A stretch of 64,000 nucleotides of DNA, taken from contig CAVILR010000001.1 of the NCBI GenBank assembly GCA_963643725.1, positions 19,232-83,231 of the forward strand, in the 5' to 3' direction. Source of the stretch: Lachnospiraceae bacterium. GTDB lineage: Bacteria > Bacillota_I > Bacilli_A > RFN20 > CAG-826. Made by a program: the position numbers and the translations under genes. Position 1 is the stretch's first letter, and every line of letters starts with the position of its first letter. Below the pieces are notes generated by a model, which saw only the letters and a program-made list of their open reading frames with translations, had not been told where the DNA came from and did no database searches. Shown here piece after piece: positions 1-10,867 of the stretch.

Positions 1-1707
<1,707 letters not shown>

Positions 1708-1721
1708 TTAAAAGTTAAACT

Positions 1722-1750
1722 AGCGAGCGTGGGGATTTTCCCCTCGCTTT
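1722..1750 (+). terminator. Intercistronic stem-loop between dnaK and dnaJ (weak terminator or attenuator)
   Basis: AGCGA..GGGGA-ttt-TCCCC-TCGCT hairpin followed by a short TTT run. Confidence 0.35.
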
Positions 1751-1774
1751 GCCAGTTAGAAAGGAAGTCAAGAT

Positions 1775-2917
1775 ATGGCCAAAAGAGATTTTTATGAAGT
1801 ATTAGGTTTGAATAAATCAGCCTCAAAAGATGAAATTAAAAGCGCGTATCGTAAATTGGCTAAGAAATATCATCCTGATTTAAACCACGAGCCAGATGCG
1901 GCGGAAAAATTTAAAGAAGTTCAAGAGGCCTACGATGTCCTTTACGATGATAAAAAGCGACAAATGTACGACCAATTTGGTATGGCAGCTTTTGAACAAG
2001 GCGCGTCGACTGGCGGAGCTGGAAATCCCTTCCAAGGCGGCGGCTTCTCTTCTCAAGGATTTGGCGATATCGATTTAGGCGATATTTTCTCTAGCTTCTT
2101 TGGCGGGGGCAATAGAGGTCGAAGGCAACAAAGTTATGGACCACGTCGAGGCGATGATGCCTTGCAAAGAATTCGCGTACCATTTATGGATGCGATATTG
2201 GGTAAGAAAGTTCTTGTGCCGGTAAGCTATGATGAAAAATGTGCAACATGTAACGGAACCGGAGCAAAATCCGCAAGCGATATTGAAACGTGCCCAGATT
2301 GTAAAGGTCAAGGTTTTGTTAGAACACAACAAAGAACAATCTTCGGCGTGATGGAAGGTCAATCGACCTGTCCAAAATGCGGTGGATCGGGTAAAATCAT
2401 CAAAAATAAATGCCCTGATTGCCAAGGAAAAGGCTACAAGCATATCAAACGTGATTTAGAAGTCAATATCCCTGCGGGCATCAATGCTGGTCAACAAATT
2501 GTTATCAAAGGCAAAGGTGAACGCGGAGTCAATGGGGGAGAAAATGGCGATTTATACTTAGAAATTGTCATTATTCCACACGAATACTTTAAGAGGGAAG
2601 GAAACGATATTCATATCAATGTCCCTATAAGCGTTATCGATGCGATTTTAGGTAAGAAAATCGATATTCCAACAGTCTATGGTGATGTTGAAGTCGATGT
2701 TCCAGCCGGAACGCAACCCGATCAAGTCTTACGTTTAAAAGGACGCGGCGTTAAAGATTTAAGAACTGGTACGCCAGGTGATCAATACGTTCACGTTCAA
2801 ATTAAGACGCCGACGAAGATTAGCAAAGAGCAAAAAGAATTGCTCGAAAAATATCAAAAGTTAGAAAAAACTGATGAATCATTCTTCGACAAATTCAAGA
2901 AAGCGTTCAAAAAATAA
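1775..2917 (+). CDS. dnaJ: Co-chaperone DnaJ
   Basis: J-domain HPD (KYHPDLN), a Gly/Phe-rich linker and four CxxCxGxG repeats ([32 protein letters not shown]). Confidence 0.97.
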   Translation: MAKRDFYEVLGLNKSASKDEIKSAYRKLAKKYHPDLNHEPDAAEKFKEVQEAYDVLYDDKKRQMYDQFGMAAFEQGASTGGAGNPFQGGGFSSQGFGDIDLGDIFSSFFGGGNRGRRQQSYGPRRGDDALQRIRVPFMDAILGKKVLVPVSYDEKCATCNGTGAKSASDIETCPDCKGQGFVRTQQRTIFGVMEGQSTCPKCGGSGKIIKNKCPDCQGKGYKHIKRDLEVNIPAGINAGQQIVIKGKGERGVNGGENGDLYLEIVIIPHEYFKREGNDIHINVPISVIDAILGKKIDIPTVYGDVEVDVPAGTQPDQVLRLKGRGVKDLRTGTPGDQYVHVQIKTPTKISKEQKELLEKYQKLEKTDESFFDKFKKAFKK

Positions 2918-2930
2918 ATCATAGATTTAT

Positions 2931-2956
2931 AAAGGTCGAAATATCGACCTTTTTTC
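2931..2956 (+). terminator. Rho-independent terminator after dnaJ
   Basis: AAAGGTCGA-aata-TCGACCTTT hairpin followed by a T-run. Confidence 0.75.
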
Positions 2957-2982
2957 AAATGAGAGAAACTCTATGATAAAAT
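2954..2982 (+). promoter_or_regulatory. Candidate sigma-A promoter for the deaminase gene
   Basis: TTCAAA, 17 nt, then extended -10 TGaTAAAAT, about 20 nt upstream of the ATG. Confidence 0.4.
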
Positions 2983-3002
2983 AGATATTTGAGAGGTAAG
3001 TT

Positions 3003-3458
3003 ATGAATAAATATATGAAGCTGGCTATCGGCGAGGCCCGTAAAGGAATTCGCCATGGTCATGGTGGACCCTTTGGTGCAGTCATCGTTAAAGATGGCGT
3101 TGTCGTCGGCAAAGGCCATAATCAAGTTGTCAAAAACAACGACCCGACTTGTCACGGTGAGATGATGGCAATTCATAAAGCGTGCAAAACGCTTGGCACA
3201 TTTGATTTAAGCGGATGTGAGCTCTATACTACTGGCGAGCCTTGTCCGATGTGTATGGCTGCTATATTATGGGCTAATATCGATAAAGTCTATTACGGTT
3301 GCAATGTCCTTGACACTGAAGATATCGGATTCCGCGACAAAAAGTTCTACGATATGAGCGAGGAAGAGCGTAACGCAATGGTGGTTGAACTCGATCGCAA
3401 AGCTTGTTTAAAACTCTACACAGAATATAAAAATATCAAAGATAAAACCGCATATTAA
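3003..3458 (+). CDS. guaD: Guanine deaminase-type cytidine/deoxycytidylate deaminase-fold zinc enzyme
   Basis: Zinc motifs HGEM and PCPMC. GGPFGAVIVKDG and the overall length are collinear with B. subtilis GuaD as I recall it. Confidence 0.75.
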   Translation: MNKYMKLAIGEARKGIRHGHGGPFGAVIVKDGVVVGKGHNQVVKNNDPTCHGEMMAIHKACKTLGTFDLSGCELYTTGEPCPMCMAAILWANIDKVYYGCNVLDTEDIGFRDKKFYDMSEEERNAMVVELDRKACLKLYTEYKNIKDKTAY

Positions 3459-3471
3459 AAATTGCATAATT

Positions 3472-3493
3472 AGAGGTTAACAAACCTCTTTTT
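3472..3493 (+). terminator. Rho-independent terminator
   Basis: AGAGGT-taacaa-ACCTCT hairpin followed by TTTTT. Confidence 0.7.
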
Positions 3494-3504
3494 ATGTTAT
3501 CATT

Positions 3505-5046
3505 ATGCCTATGGCATTAGTGGAATTAGAAAACGTCGATTTTAATTACGCCGATAAAGAACTATATCGTTCTATATCTTTAAAGATAAATAATGGCGAA
3601 CATTGTGTTTTAGTCGGCGTTAACGGTTCGGGGAAAACGACTATTTTAGATTTGCTTGCTAAGAAATTAACGCCCGACAAAGGAAAGGTCATTTGGACGC
3701 CACATACTACGTTTTCTTATCTCGATCAAAATTTAAAAATTGATCAAGATATGTTAGCTAACGATTATATTCACGAGACATATGCTGATTTGTTTTTAAA
3801 AGAAAAAGAGATGGAAGATTTGTATGAAAAATCCGCTAACGATATCGATAATTACGAAAAATTTTTAAACAAAGCGCAAAAACTTCAAGACGAGCTAATG
3901 ATGAATGGCTTTTATTCGCTTAAAGAAACAGTCGCTCAACTCATCGCTGGGCTAGGTATTAGCGAAGACCGCCTATCACTTCCTCTGTCAAAACTATCAT
4001 CTGGTCAACGTGAAAAGATTTATTTAGCGCGTATGCTACTTGAAAATCGCGACGTTTTGCTTCTTGATGAACCGACGAACTTTTTAGATGTTAGCCAAGT
4101 CGATTGGCTCGCCGATTATTTGAATAATTATAAAAATGCCTTCCTTGTCGTTTCCCATGACCAGACATTTCTTAGAAAAATTGCCAATGTTGTTTTCTCA
4201 TTAGAGAATCGAACAATTGTTCGATATCGTGGTACTTTTGACCATTTTTTAGAGCAAAACGCTTTGGATAAGGCGATGTATGAGAAACGCTATAACGCTC
4301 AACAACGATACATCAAAAATGAAGAAGTATTTATTGAAAAGCATATTGTTCGCGCCACTTCATCAAAAGCGGCAAAGAGTAGAAGAACGCGCTTATCTCA
4401 TTTATCGCGACTTGAAGCGCCTGGAAAAGAAGAAGGCGTCGTTTCTTTTTCCTTTCCCTCAGTAAAAGAAGGTGGCAAAGAAATATTAAAGGTTGATGAA
4501 TTGCTCATCGGCTATAGCGGTAAACCTATTTTAGACCCGATATCTTTCACGCTTTTAAAAGGCGAGAAAATTGCTATCCTAGGGAAAAATGGTGTTGGTA
4601 AAACTACATTTTTAAAGACCATCTTAAATCATATTCCTTCATTATCGGGTAGTTTTAAATGGCACGAAAATACTTTTATCAATTATTTTGACCAAGAAAG
4701 CCGCGTGGATTTAAACCTTTCACCATTTGATTTAATTAAGGAACATTATCCGATGTTATCAAATACCGAGATGCGAACTTTGCTTGGCTCTTCAGGGTTA
4801 CGTAAAGAATTAGCGATTCGCAAGATGAAAGATCTTAGCGGTGGCGAGGTTACTAAAGCTCGTCTTGCTTTGATGAGTTTAAAAAAGGCTAATTTTTTGA
4901 TATTTGATGAGCCGACAAATCATCTCGATAAGAAAGCAAAAGATGCACTTTTTGCTGCAATCGATAAATTTAACGGAGGAGTTATCATCGTATCGCATGA
5001 AAAAGATTTTTATGATGGACTTGTCGATTATGAAATTCATTTTTAA
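3505..5046 (+). CDS. ABC-F family ATPase (two ATP-binding cassettes, no membrane domain)
   Basis: Two Walker A motifs (GVNGSGKT, GKNGVGKT), two signatures (LSSGQ, LSGGE), a charged inter-domain linker and no TM segments. No SD precedes the ATG, and the ATG at 3511 is also possible. Confidence 0.9.
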   Translation: MPMALVELENVDFNYADKELYRSISLKINNGEHCVLVGVNGSGKTTILDLLAKKLTPDKGKVIWTPHTTFSYLDQNLKIDQDMLANDYIHETYADLFLKEKEMEDLYEKSANDIDNYEKFLNKAQKLQDELMMNGFYSLKETVAQLIAGLGISEDRLSLPLSKLSSGQREKIYLARMLLENRDVLLLDEPTNFLDVSQVDWLADYLNNYKNAFLVVSHDQTFLRKIANVVFSLENRTIVRYRGTFDHFLEQNALDKAMYEKRYNAQQRYIKNEEVFIEKHIVRATSSKAAKSRRTRLSHLSRLEAPGKEEGVVSFSFPSVKEGGKEILKVDELLIGYSGKPILDPISFTLLKGEKIAILGKNGVGKTTFLKTILNHIPSLSGSFKWHENTFINYFDQESRVDLNLSPFDLIKEHYPMLSNTEMRTLLGSSGLRKELAIRKMKDLSGGEVTKARLALMSLKKANFLIFDEPTNHLDKKAKDALFAAIDKFNGGVIIVSHEKDFYDGLVDYEIHF

Positions 5047-5075
5047 AGCGACAATGTTATACTAGTATAGTATTT

Positions 5076-5513
5076 ATGGCCAAATGTAAGTATTGTAACG
5101 CGAATATATCGAGATTAGATAAGGAAATCTGTCCGTTTTGCGGCGGCCTTAAACCATTAGATGGACAAACTGATGTGACAGAAGACTTCACCAAGTCTTT
5201 TAATCCTATTCAATATCAAAATAACGTGAAGAGGAAAAAGAAAGTTGTTGCCGCGATTCTTGCGATAACACTCGGCGTTTTTGGCTGTCATATGTTTTAT
5301 TTAAATAAGAAAAATGTTGGTTTTATTATTCTTGCATCATCTTTAGCTTTAATTGCTTCGCTCGGTTCAATTTTATATTTTTCAAATGCGTTACATAACG
5401 TTTTCGCCTTCTTGATTCCTTATTTTGTCTTAGAGGGACTTATGATCATCTCTGGATTTTGGCTCTTATTTAGACACGACCAAGTTGATGGCAATGGAGA
5501 ATTTTTAGAATAA
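5076..5513 (+). CDS. Zinc-ribbon plus TM2-domain membrane protein
   Basis: N-terminal CKYC...CPFCGG, then a TM2-like GVFGCHMFYLNKK and further hydrophobic helices. Confidence 0.7.
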   Translation: MAKCKYCNANISRLDKEICPFCGGLKPLDGQTDVTEDFTKSFNPIQYQNNVKRKKKVVAAILAITLGVFGCHMFYLNKKNVGFIILASSLALIASLGSILYFSNALHNVFAFLIPYFVLEGLMIISGFWLLFRHDQVDGNGEFLE

Positions 5514-6232
5514 TGCAAAGATATTTTGGCTCAATCGTCGATCGAAAAGCTCTTCTTGATAACGAAGATGTCTATCACCTTTTAAAGGTGATGCGCATGC
5601 GCGTTAATGACGAGATAGAAGTCGTCTCCGATGAAATACCTTTTCTATGCGTCATTAAATCGATAAAACCATTAGAAATCGTTGTTAAAAAGCAAATTCA
5701 TGAGAAGCGTGAATTGGATAACAAAGTGACTTTGATATGTGCCTTACTAAAAGGCGACAAATTAAATTTTGTCCTTCAAAAAGCGACAGAACTAGGAGTT
5801 TATGAAATAGTTTTACTATCTAGTGATCGCACGATTGTCAAAAGCAAAGAATTCGACTCATCTCGCAAATTAGAACGATATAATCGCATATTAAAAGAAG
5901 CGAGTGAACAATGTCACCGTTCTAAAATTCCTTTGATGTATCGTCTTATTTCTATCGATGAATTAGGAAAAATTAAAGGCGATGTAAAATTGATTGCTTA
6001 TGAGCAAGAAGCTGGGAAAACTGATTCGCTATTTTCCGAAATTAAAAAAATTAATAAAGATGACCGCGTCAATGTCGTTATCGGACCAGAAGGTGGTTTT
6101 AGCGAACAAGAGGTGGAAATTGCAAAAGGATATGGCTATGTTCCAGTCTCTTTAGGGAGAAGGATATTGCGCGCAGAGACAGCATCAATCTACGCATTAA
6201 GCGTCATTTCCGCTTGCCTTGAAAGAAAATAA
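5513..6232 (+). CDS. rsmE: 16S rRNA (uracil1498-N3)-methyltransferase RsmE
   Basis: SPOUT C-terminus GPEGGFSEQE...RILRAETA. It sits before mtaB, as in B. subtilis yqeU-yqeV. Confidence 0.88.
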   Translation: MQRYFGSIVDRKALLDNEDVYHLLKVMRMRVNDEIEVVSDEIPFLCVIKSIKPLEIVVKKQIHEKRELDNKVTLICALLKGDKLNFVLQKATELGVYEIVLLSSDRTIVKSKEFDSSRKLERYNRILKEASEQCHRSKIPLMYRLISIDELGKIKGDVKLIAYEQEAGKTDSLFSEIKKINKDDRVNVVIGPEGGFSEQEVEIAKGYGYVPVSLGRRILRAETASIYALSVISACLERK

Positions 6233-6235
6233 AAT

Positions 6236-7021
6236 ATGCATTTATTCGAAACGTTGGCTAAATATCAAAAAAACATGAATTATAAAAAAAGTGAGGATTA
6301 TCTTTTTTATATCGCTAATCGTCATCTCTTTTCAAATATCGAAATGTATCGATTTTTATTAGATGCGAAGAATGAATTCGAAGTAATTAGAGCAAATATC
6401 ATCATCCACGCTATACAAAACAAAGAAAAGATTGAAAATTTAATTGTCTACGCTTTTAAAAATAGCGACATGAAGACAGAAGAAGTTACTTCTTTTTTAG
6501 AGGAAAAAGAGAAAGGACTTCCTTATTTATTAGATGGCAATAATAAGATATTTGTACCTGTTTTCTCGCGAACGATTAATAACTTGTATACTTCGCAATA
6601 TGGAAAATTATTAAAGAGTCCATACTCAAAATTATTAACCAATTATTCTTCGTCGTGCATCGATTTGTTTGAGATGTATAATTTTTCATTATATGATTCA
6701 TTATTTACTAAATTTGTCACGGTTTATCGAGACAAAAAAGTAATGGTGGTCTATCATTTTGACTTTAAAACGATTTATTTTATCAACGACCAAGGCCGAT
6801 TAGACGCCCGAATCCCTCTATTTGATAGATATTTAAAACGTCCTGATTCCACGCATATGATCGAACGAATTAAACCTGTTGTCGAAAAATATTTAGATGA
6901 CGACCGAGAAGGTCTTTATCAAGCTTTAATTGCTAATAATCTAATTTCAAAAAAGATGATTTATAAAATCAAACATAAAGAATTTAGATTTAAACGTCGA
7001 TTGGAAAGAAAAGCAAAATGA
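6236..7021 (+). CDS. Hypothetical soluble protein (261 aa), no family recognised
   Basis: Long ORF in the operon, with its stop overlapping the mtaB start (ATGA). It has no TM segments or motifs I recognise and a basic C-terminal tail. Confidence 0.6.
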   Translation: MHLFETLAKYQKNMNYKKSEDYLFYIANRHLFSNIEMYRFLLDAKNEFEVIRANIIIHAIQNKEKIENLIVYAFKNSDMKTEEVTSFLEEKEKGLPYLLDGNNKIFVPVFSRTINNLYTSQYGKLLKSPYSKLLTNYSSSCIDLFEMYNFSLYDSLFTKFVTVYRDKKVMVVYHFDFKTIYFINDQGRLDARIPLFDRYLKRPDSTHMIERIKPVVEKYLDDDREGLYQALIANNLISKKMIYKIKHKEFRFKRRLERKAK

Positions 7022-8268
7022 CCTTTAAAACATTATCGTTAGGTTGCAAAGTGAATTCTTATGAGATAAGTTCTATTCGCGAACTTCTCTTAAAGGAAGG
7101 TTTTAAAGAAGATGCTATTCGTCCAGATGTCATTGTAATAAATACTTGTTCAGTCACCTCGGTGGCCGATCAAAAGTCGCGTCAAATAATTCGACGTGAG
7201 CGAAGAAAATTTTCAAATTCTATCATCGTTGTTATGGGCTGCTACTCGCAGAAAAATGCGCAATATGTTAGCGATGAATGCGGCGCGGATATAGTAATAG
7301 GAACTTCTTTCCGTAATCGAATTTATGAATTGATAAAAAAATACTTGGACACAAGGCAAAAAATAATACAAATCAATAACGATGTTCGCCATTTAGATTA
7401 TGAATCTTTTGGGGTTTTTGTTTTGCCAAATTCAACGCGCGCGTATATAAAAATAGAAGATGGGTGCAATAACTTTTGTACGTATTGCACAATTCCTTAC
7501 ACCCGTGGTCAAGCTCGTTCGAGAAACAAAGATGAAATTATCTCTGAGATTAAATATCTTATCGCGCAGGGATTCAAGGAATTTGTTTTAACCGGCATCC
7601 ATACCGCTCATTATGGAGTCGATTTAAAAGATACATCTTTTTCTGATTTGGTCGAAGAAATATTACAAATTGATGATTTATATCGCTTGAGAATATCTTC
7701 GATTGAAGAAAGTGAAATCGATGATAAATTAATTTCATTGCTTAAAAAGAGCGACAAATTAGCAAATCATTTGCACATTCCTCTTCAAAGCGGTAGTCCA
7801 TCTGTTTTAAAGAGAATGAATCGCCGTTATGATGTCGATAATTTCTATAAAAAGGTAGAACAAATTCGTAAAGCTCGTCCAGATATTGCTCTTACTACAG
7901 ATGTTATCGTTGGATTTCCTGGAGAAAGTGACGATAATTTCTTAGAAACATATAATTTCATTAAGAAAATTAAATTTGCTGAACTGCACGTTTTTCCTTT
8001 TTCTCCTCGAAAGGGTACCGCGGCTTATTCTTTCGCTAATCAAATAGATGCAAAAGTCAAAGCGGAACGCGTGAGAAAACTTATTGATTTATCGGATGAA
8101 CTTGCGAAACAATATCGCGAAAATTTTGTTGGTAAAGAATTGGAAGTTATCCTCGAAGAGAGAAACAAAACGACTGGTTTATTATGTGGTTTTACTTCCA
8201 ATTATTTGAAATTAAATATTGATTTACCAGATGAATATATTGGCAAAATTGTTAAATTAAAAGTTTGA
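7018..8268 (+). CDS. mtaB: tRNA methylthiotransferase MtaB (radical SAM, MiaB-like)
   Basis: Radical-SAM CNNFCTYCTIPYTRG, N-terminal Cys triad domain (LGCKVN, NTCSVT, GCY) and synteny with yqeV. Confidence 0.88.
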   Translation: MTFKTLSLGCKVNSYEISSIRELLLKEGFKEDAIRPDVIVINTCSVTSVADQKSRQIIRRERRKFSNSIIVVMGCYSQKNAQYVSDECGADIVIGTSFRNRIYELIKKYLDTRQKIIQINNDVRHLDYESFGVFVLPNSTRAYIKIEDGCNNFCTYCTIPYTRGQARSRNKDEIISEIKYLIAQGFKEFVLTGIHTAHYGVDLKDTSFSDLVEEILQIDDLYRLRISSIEESEIDDKLISLLKKSDKLANHLHIPLQSGSPSVLKRMNRRYDVDNFYKKVEQIRKARPDIALTTDVIVGFPGESDDNFLETYNFIKKIKFAELHVFPFSPRKGTAAYSFANQIDAKVKAERVRKLIDLSDELAKQYRENFVGKELEVILEERNKTTGLLCGFTSNYLKLNIDLPDEYIGKIVKLKV

Positions 8269-8316
8269 CACAATCGCTAATAACTTTAAAAAACTTAAAC
8301 ATTGTATGATAATTTA

Positions 8317-8344
8317 TTGCATTAATTTGCATTTAATTTATAAT
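8317..8344 (+). promoter_or_regulatory. Candidate sigma-A promoter for rpmF
   Basis: TTGCAT, 16 nt, TATAAT, followed by AGGAGG 8 nt before the ATG. Confidence 0.55.
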
Positions 8345-8372
8345 TATCACGTTATTTTAGGAGGATAAAAAT

Positions 8373-8639
8373 ATGGCAGTCCCATTCAGAAGAACGTCCA
8401 AAACATCAAAAAGAATGCGTCGTACGCACATTCATCTAACGGTTACCGGGTTAGTTAAATGCCCTAATTGCGGTGCGATGATTAAATCACATAACATTTG
8501 CCCAAAATGTGGTCATTATGACGGAAAAGATGTTATGAGCAAGAAAGATACAAAAGCAGTCGATGTTAAACCAGTTAGCAAAAAGCCTACAAAAAAAGCT
8601 AAAGCTACAAAAACTGTTAAAGAGGAAAAGGCCGAATAA
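8373..8639 (+). CDS. rpmF: Ribosomal protein L32 with Lys-rich C-terminal extension
   Basis: [19 protein letters not shown] plus the CPNCG...CPKCG zinc ribbon. Strong SD AGGAGG. Confidence 0.93.
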   Translation: MAVPFRRTSKTSKRMRRTHIHLTVTGLVKCPNCGAMIKSHNICPKCGHYDGKDVMSKKDTKAVDVKPVSKKPTKKAKATKTVKEEKAE

Positions 8640-8659
8640 TTTCTATAAATATCTTTGTA

Positions 8660-8668
8660 TGATATAAT
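8660..8668 (+). promoter_or_regulatory. Extended -10 element upstream of deoC
   Basis: TGaTATAAT about 18 nt upstream of the deoC ATG region. The -35 is weak (TTTCTA). Confidence 0.4.
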
Positions 8669-8686
8669 CACCAAAGAGGTAAAAAA

Positions 8687-9331
8687 ATGGAAATTAATAG
8701 AATGATTGATCATACGCTTCTAAAGCAAGATGCTTCTATTGAAGCAATTCAAAAGCTTTGCCAAGAAGCACGCAAGTATGAATTTGCATCCGTCTGTGTA
8801 AATCCTTGCTTTGTTCCAGTCGCAAGAAAACTCTTAACTGGTTCAATCGTTAAAGTCTGCACAGTTATTGGCTTCCCATTAGGAGCAACACTTCCAGAAG
8901 TTAAAAAATTAGAAACGATTGAAGCGATTAAAAACGGCGCGCAAGAGATTGATATGGTCTTAAACGTTTCGATGGCCAAAGAACACGATTTTGATTTTAT
9001 TGAAAAAGAAATCGCTCTTGTTAAATCAGCTTGTAAGGATAAAATCCTTAAGGTTATTCTTGAAACGTGTCTATTAACCGACGAGGAAATTGTTGCTTGC
9101 TCAAATGCCGCCGTGCGCGCAGGCGCTGACTTTGTCAAAACTTCAACTGGTTTTTCAAAAGGTGGAGCGACAACGCACGCAGTTGAGCTCATGAGAAAAA
9201 CTGTTGGTCCATCATTTGGCGTTAAAGCTAGTGGTGGTATTCACTCGCGCGAAGAAGCTATATCTATGATTAACGCGGGCGCGAATAGAATCGGCGCATC
9301 ATGCGGAGTAGCGATAGTCGAAGGAAAATAA
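8687..9331 (+). CDS. deoC: Deoxyribose-phosphate aldolase
   Basis: IDHTLLK, CVNP and the Schiff-base lysine context DFVKTSTGF. Length is about 214 aa. Confidence 0.93.
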   Translation: MEINRMIDHTLLKQDASIEAIQKLCQEARKYEFASVCVNPCFVPVARKLLTGSIVKVCTVIGFPLGATLPEVKKLETIEAIKNGAQEIDMVLNVSMAKEHDFDFIEKEIALVKSACKDKILKVILETCLLTDEEIVACSNAAVRAGADFVKTSTGFSKGGATTHAVELMRKTVGPSFGVKASGGIHSREEAISMINAGANRIGASCGVAIVEGK

Positions 9332-9367
9332 GATAAATTATTGATGTAAGAAAGGAGATGATTAAAG

Positions 9368-9541
9368 ATGCCAAAAACAGTTGTTCGTGAAAATGAAACA
9401 TTAGATGAAGCACTTCGTCGTTTTAAACGTCAAGTGAACAAATCTGGCGTTCTCCTTGAAACACGCAAAAGAGAATTCTATCTCAAAAAAGGTTTAAAGC
9501 GTAAACTCAAAAGCGAGATGGCTCGCCGCAAATCATATTAA
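9368..9541 (+). CDS. rpsU: Ribosomal protein S21 (57 aa, absent from the ORF track)
   Basis: Hand translation gives [65 protein letters not shown] lies upstream. Confidence 0.93.
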   Translation: MPKTVVRENETLDEALRRFKRQVNKSGVLLETRKREFYLKKGLKRKLKSEMARRKSY

Positions 9542-9572
9542 GAAAAAAATAAAGTTTTCTTATATCAAAATT

Positions 9573-9600
9573 AGGAAGTATATATACTTCCTTTTATTTT
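9573..9600 (+). terminator. Rho-independent terminator after rpsU
   Basis: Perfect palindrome AGGAAGTATA/TATACTTCCT followed by TTTATTTT. Confidence 0.8.
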
Positions 9601-9649
9601 ATTTGTCACATTTGGTATTTTTGTGTACTACATATTATTGAGGGGGATA

Positions 9650-10825
9650 ATGATGAAGAGATACTTCTGCTATCAAGGGAACGATAAAGATTGCGGCTTC
9701 GCATCTCTTAAAATGCTTCTGGCGGTTACCCACAAGAACGAAGGCTACCTGAGGCTTAAGAAGACTGACAAGCGCGACAATTACTCTTTTGCTGACCTTA
9801 TAAGTATCGCTAGTGATTATGGGCTCAGCCTTACAGCGTATCGATACTCAAAGGAAGAAGAAGTTTCGATTAAAGCTCCATTTTTGGCTTTACTTGATCA
9901 AAACCATTTAGTTTTAATTACGTCCATAAACTCTTTTGCTGTCACAATGTCCGATCCTTCATATGGCATTGTTGTATTAAAACGTGGTGAATTTGATAGA
10001 AGATGGAGTGGGGACACATTAGAAGTCAAAAGTTCCGTAGCAGTAGAATATGTAAAAGACAAAGTGCAAATTCAAAAGAGATCAAGTAAACTCTTTGCTT
10101 TTATGTTCTCAATTGCATCATTAGCCTCCTTACTCATCGGTTTATTCTTTGTTAAAGATAATGCATATATATTTATACCTATTATTTTGCTTTCGTTGTT
10201 TATTGTTATAGAATTAGTAGAAAAATGGTATATTATCAAACAAATTAATTTGTTTGATGAACGTTTCATACCTCTATATTTCTACGATAGTACAAGAATT
10301 GATAAAAAGGGATTAGAAGATTATAGTGAATTCAAAAAAATGTATTTTACTTTTGATAACAAGATTTTAAGTTCAATTCTTTTAAGTGTTGTTATCATCG
10401 TGACTCTTATTGTTAATAATCCATCTAATGCTGTAGCGATTTTAGGAATACTTTTCCTCAATATTGCATTCAGGATTTTATTTAAGGAGAGGGATGAAGC
10501 AAAAGCGCTTGAGATTTCTACTTGTGAGAATAGATTATTTACATCGAATAATAGCTCATCGTTTGATGTCTTAAAAATAAGTAAAATGTCGAATAAGTTC
10601 GCTTTTTCTCTCACTATTCGCAAGTGCATTTTTTCGTTTATCATCTTGATAATTAGCTTTTTAATGATGATCGTTTCTCGCGAGATAAGCGTGAATTTTA
10701 TTCTCTTTCATTTTGGAATATTTTATTTATTAAATAATCAGTTCGATAATTTAGTTGGCTTTGTCGATATCAAAAAAGAATACGAAAAGAGCAAGGCTAG
10801 ATTTCTTGATAAGTGCAATTTGTAG
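9650..10825 (+). CDS. C39 (bacteriocin-processing) cysteine peptidase fused to a six-helix ABC-exporter-type membrane domain, with no nucleotide-binding domain
   Basis: YQGNDKDCGFASLKML (Gln and Cys), NHLVLI (His) and MSDPSYG (Asp) form an intact C39 catalytic set. About six hydrophobic helices follow, arranged 2+2+2. The ORF stops where an ATPase domain would start. SD GAGGGGG precedes ATG 9650/9653, and the 9623 GTG start in the ORF track is unlikely. Confidence 0.75.
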   Translation: MMKRYFCYQGNDKDCGFASLKMLLAVTHKNEGYLRLKKTDKRDNYSFADLISIASDYGLSLTAYRYSKEEEVSIKAPFLALLDQNHLVLITSINSFAVTMSDPSYGIVVLKRGEFDRRWSGDTLEVKSSVAVEYVKDKVQIQKRSSKLFAFMFSIASLASLLIGLFFVKDNAYIFIPIILLSLFIVIELVEKWYIIKQINLFDERFIPLYFYDSTRIDKKGLEDYSEFKKMYFTFDNKILSSILLSVVIIVTLIVNNPSNAVAILGILFLNIAFRILFKERDEAKALEISTCENRLFTSNNSSSFDVLKISKMSNKFAFSLTIRKCIFSFIILIISFLMMIVSREISVNFILFHFGIFYLLNNQFDNLVGFVDIKKEYEKSKARFLDKCNL

Positions 10826-10867
10826 ATTTTTAAATAGAAATATGTGCTATAATTTTATTCCAAAATT

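Noticed and set aside
2075-2443. A 122-aa ORF antisense to dnaJ. Similar shadows occur at 14006-14404 in glyQS, 44787-45158 in tkt, 53953-54258 in recJ and 61005-61250 in obg.
   Set aside because: All are embedded in strongly supported genes on the opposite strand and lack independent signals.
8749-9192. A 147-aa ORF antisense to deoC.
   Set aside because: It lies entirely within a well-supported conserved gene on the other strand, has low-complexity Ala/Ser/Thr-rich composition and has no RBS. This is a typical shadow ORF.
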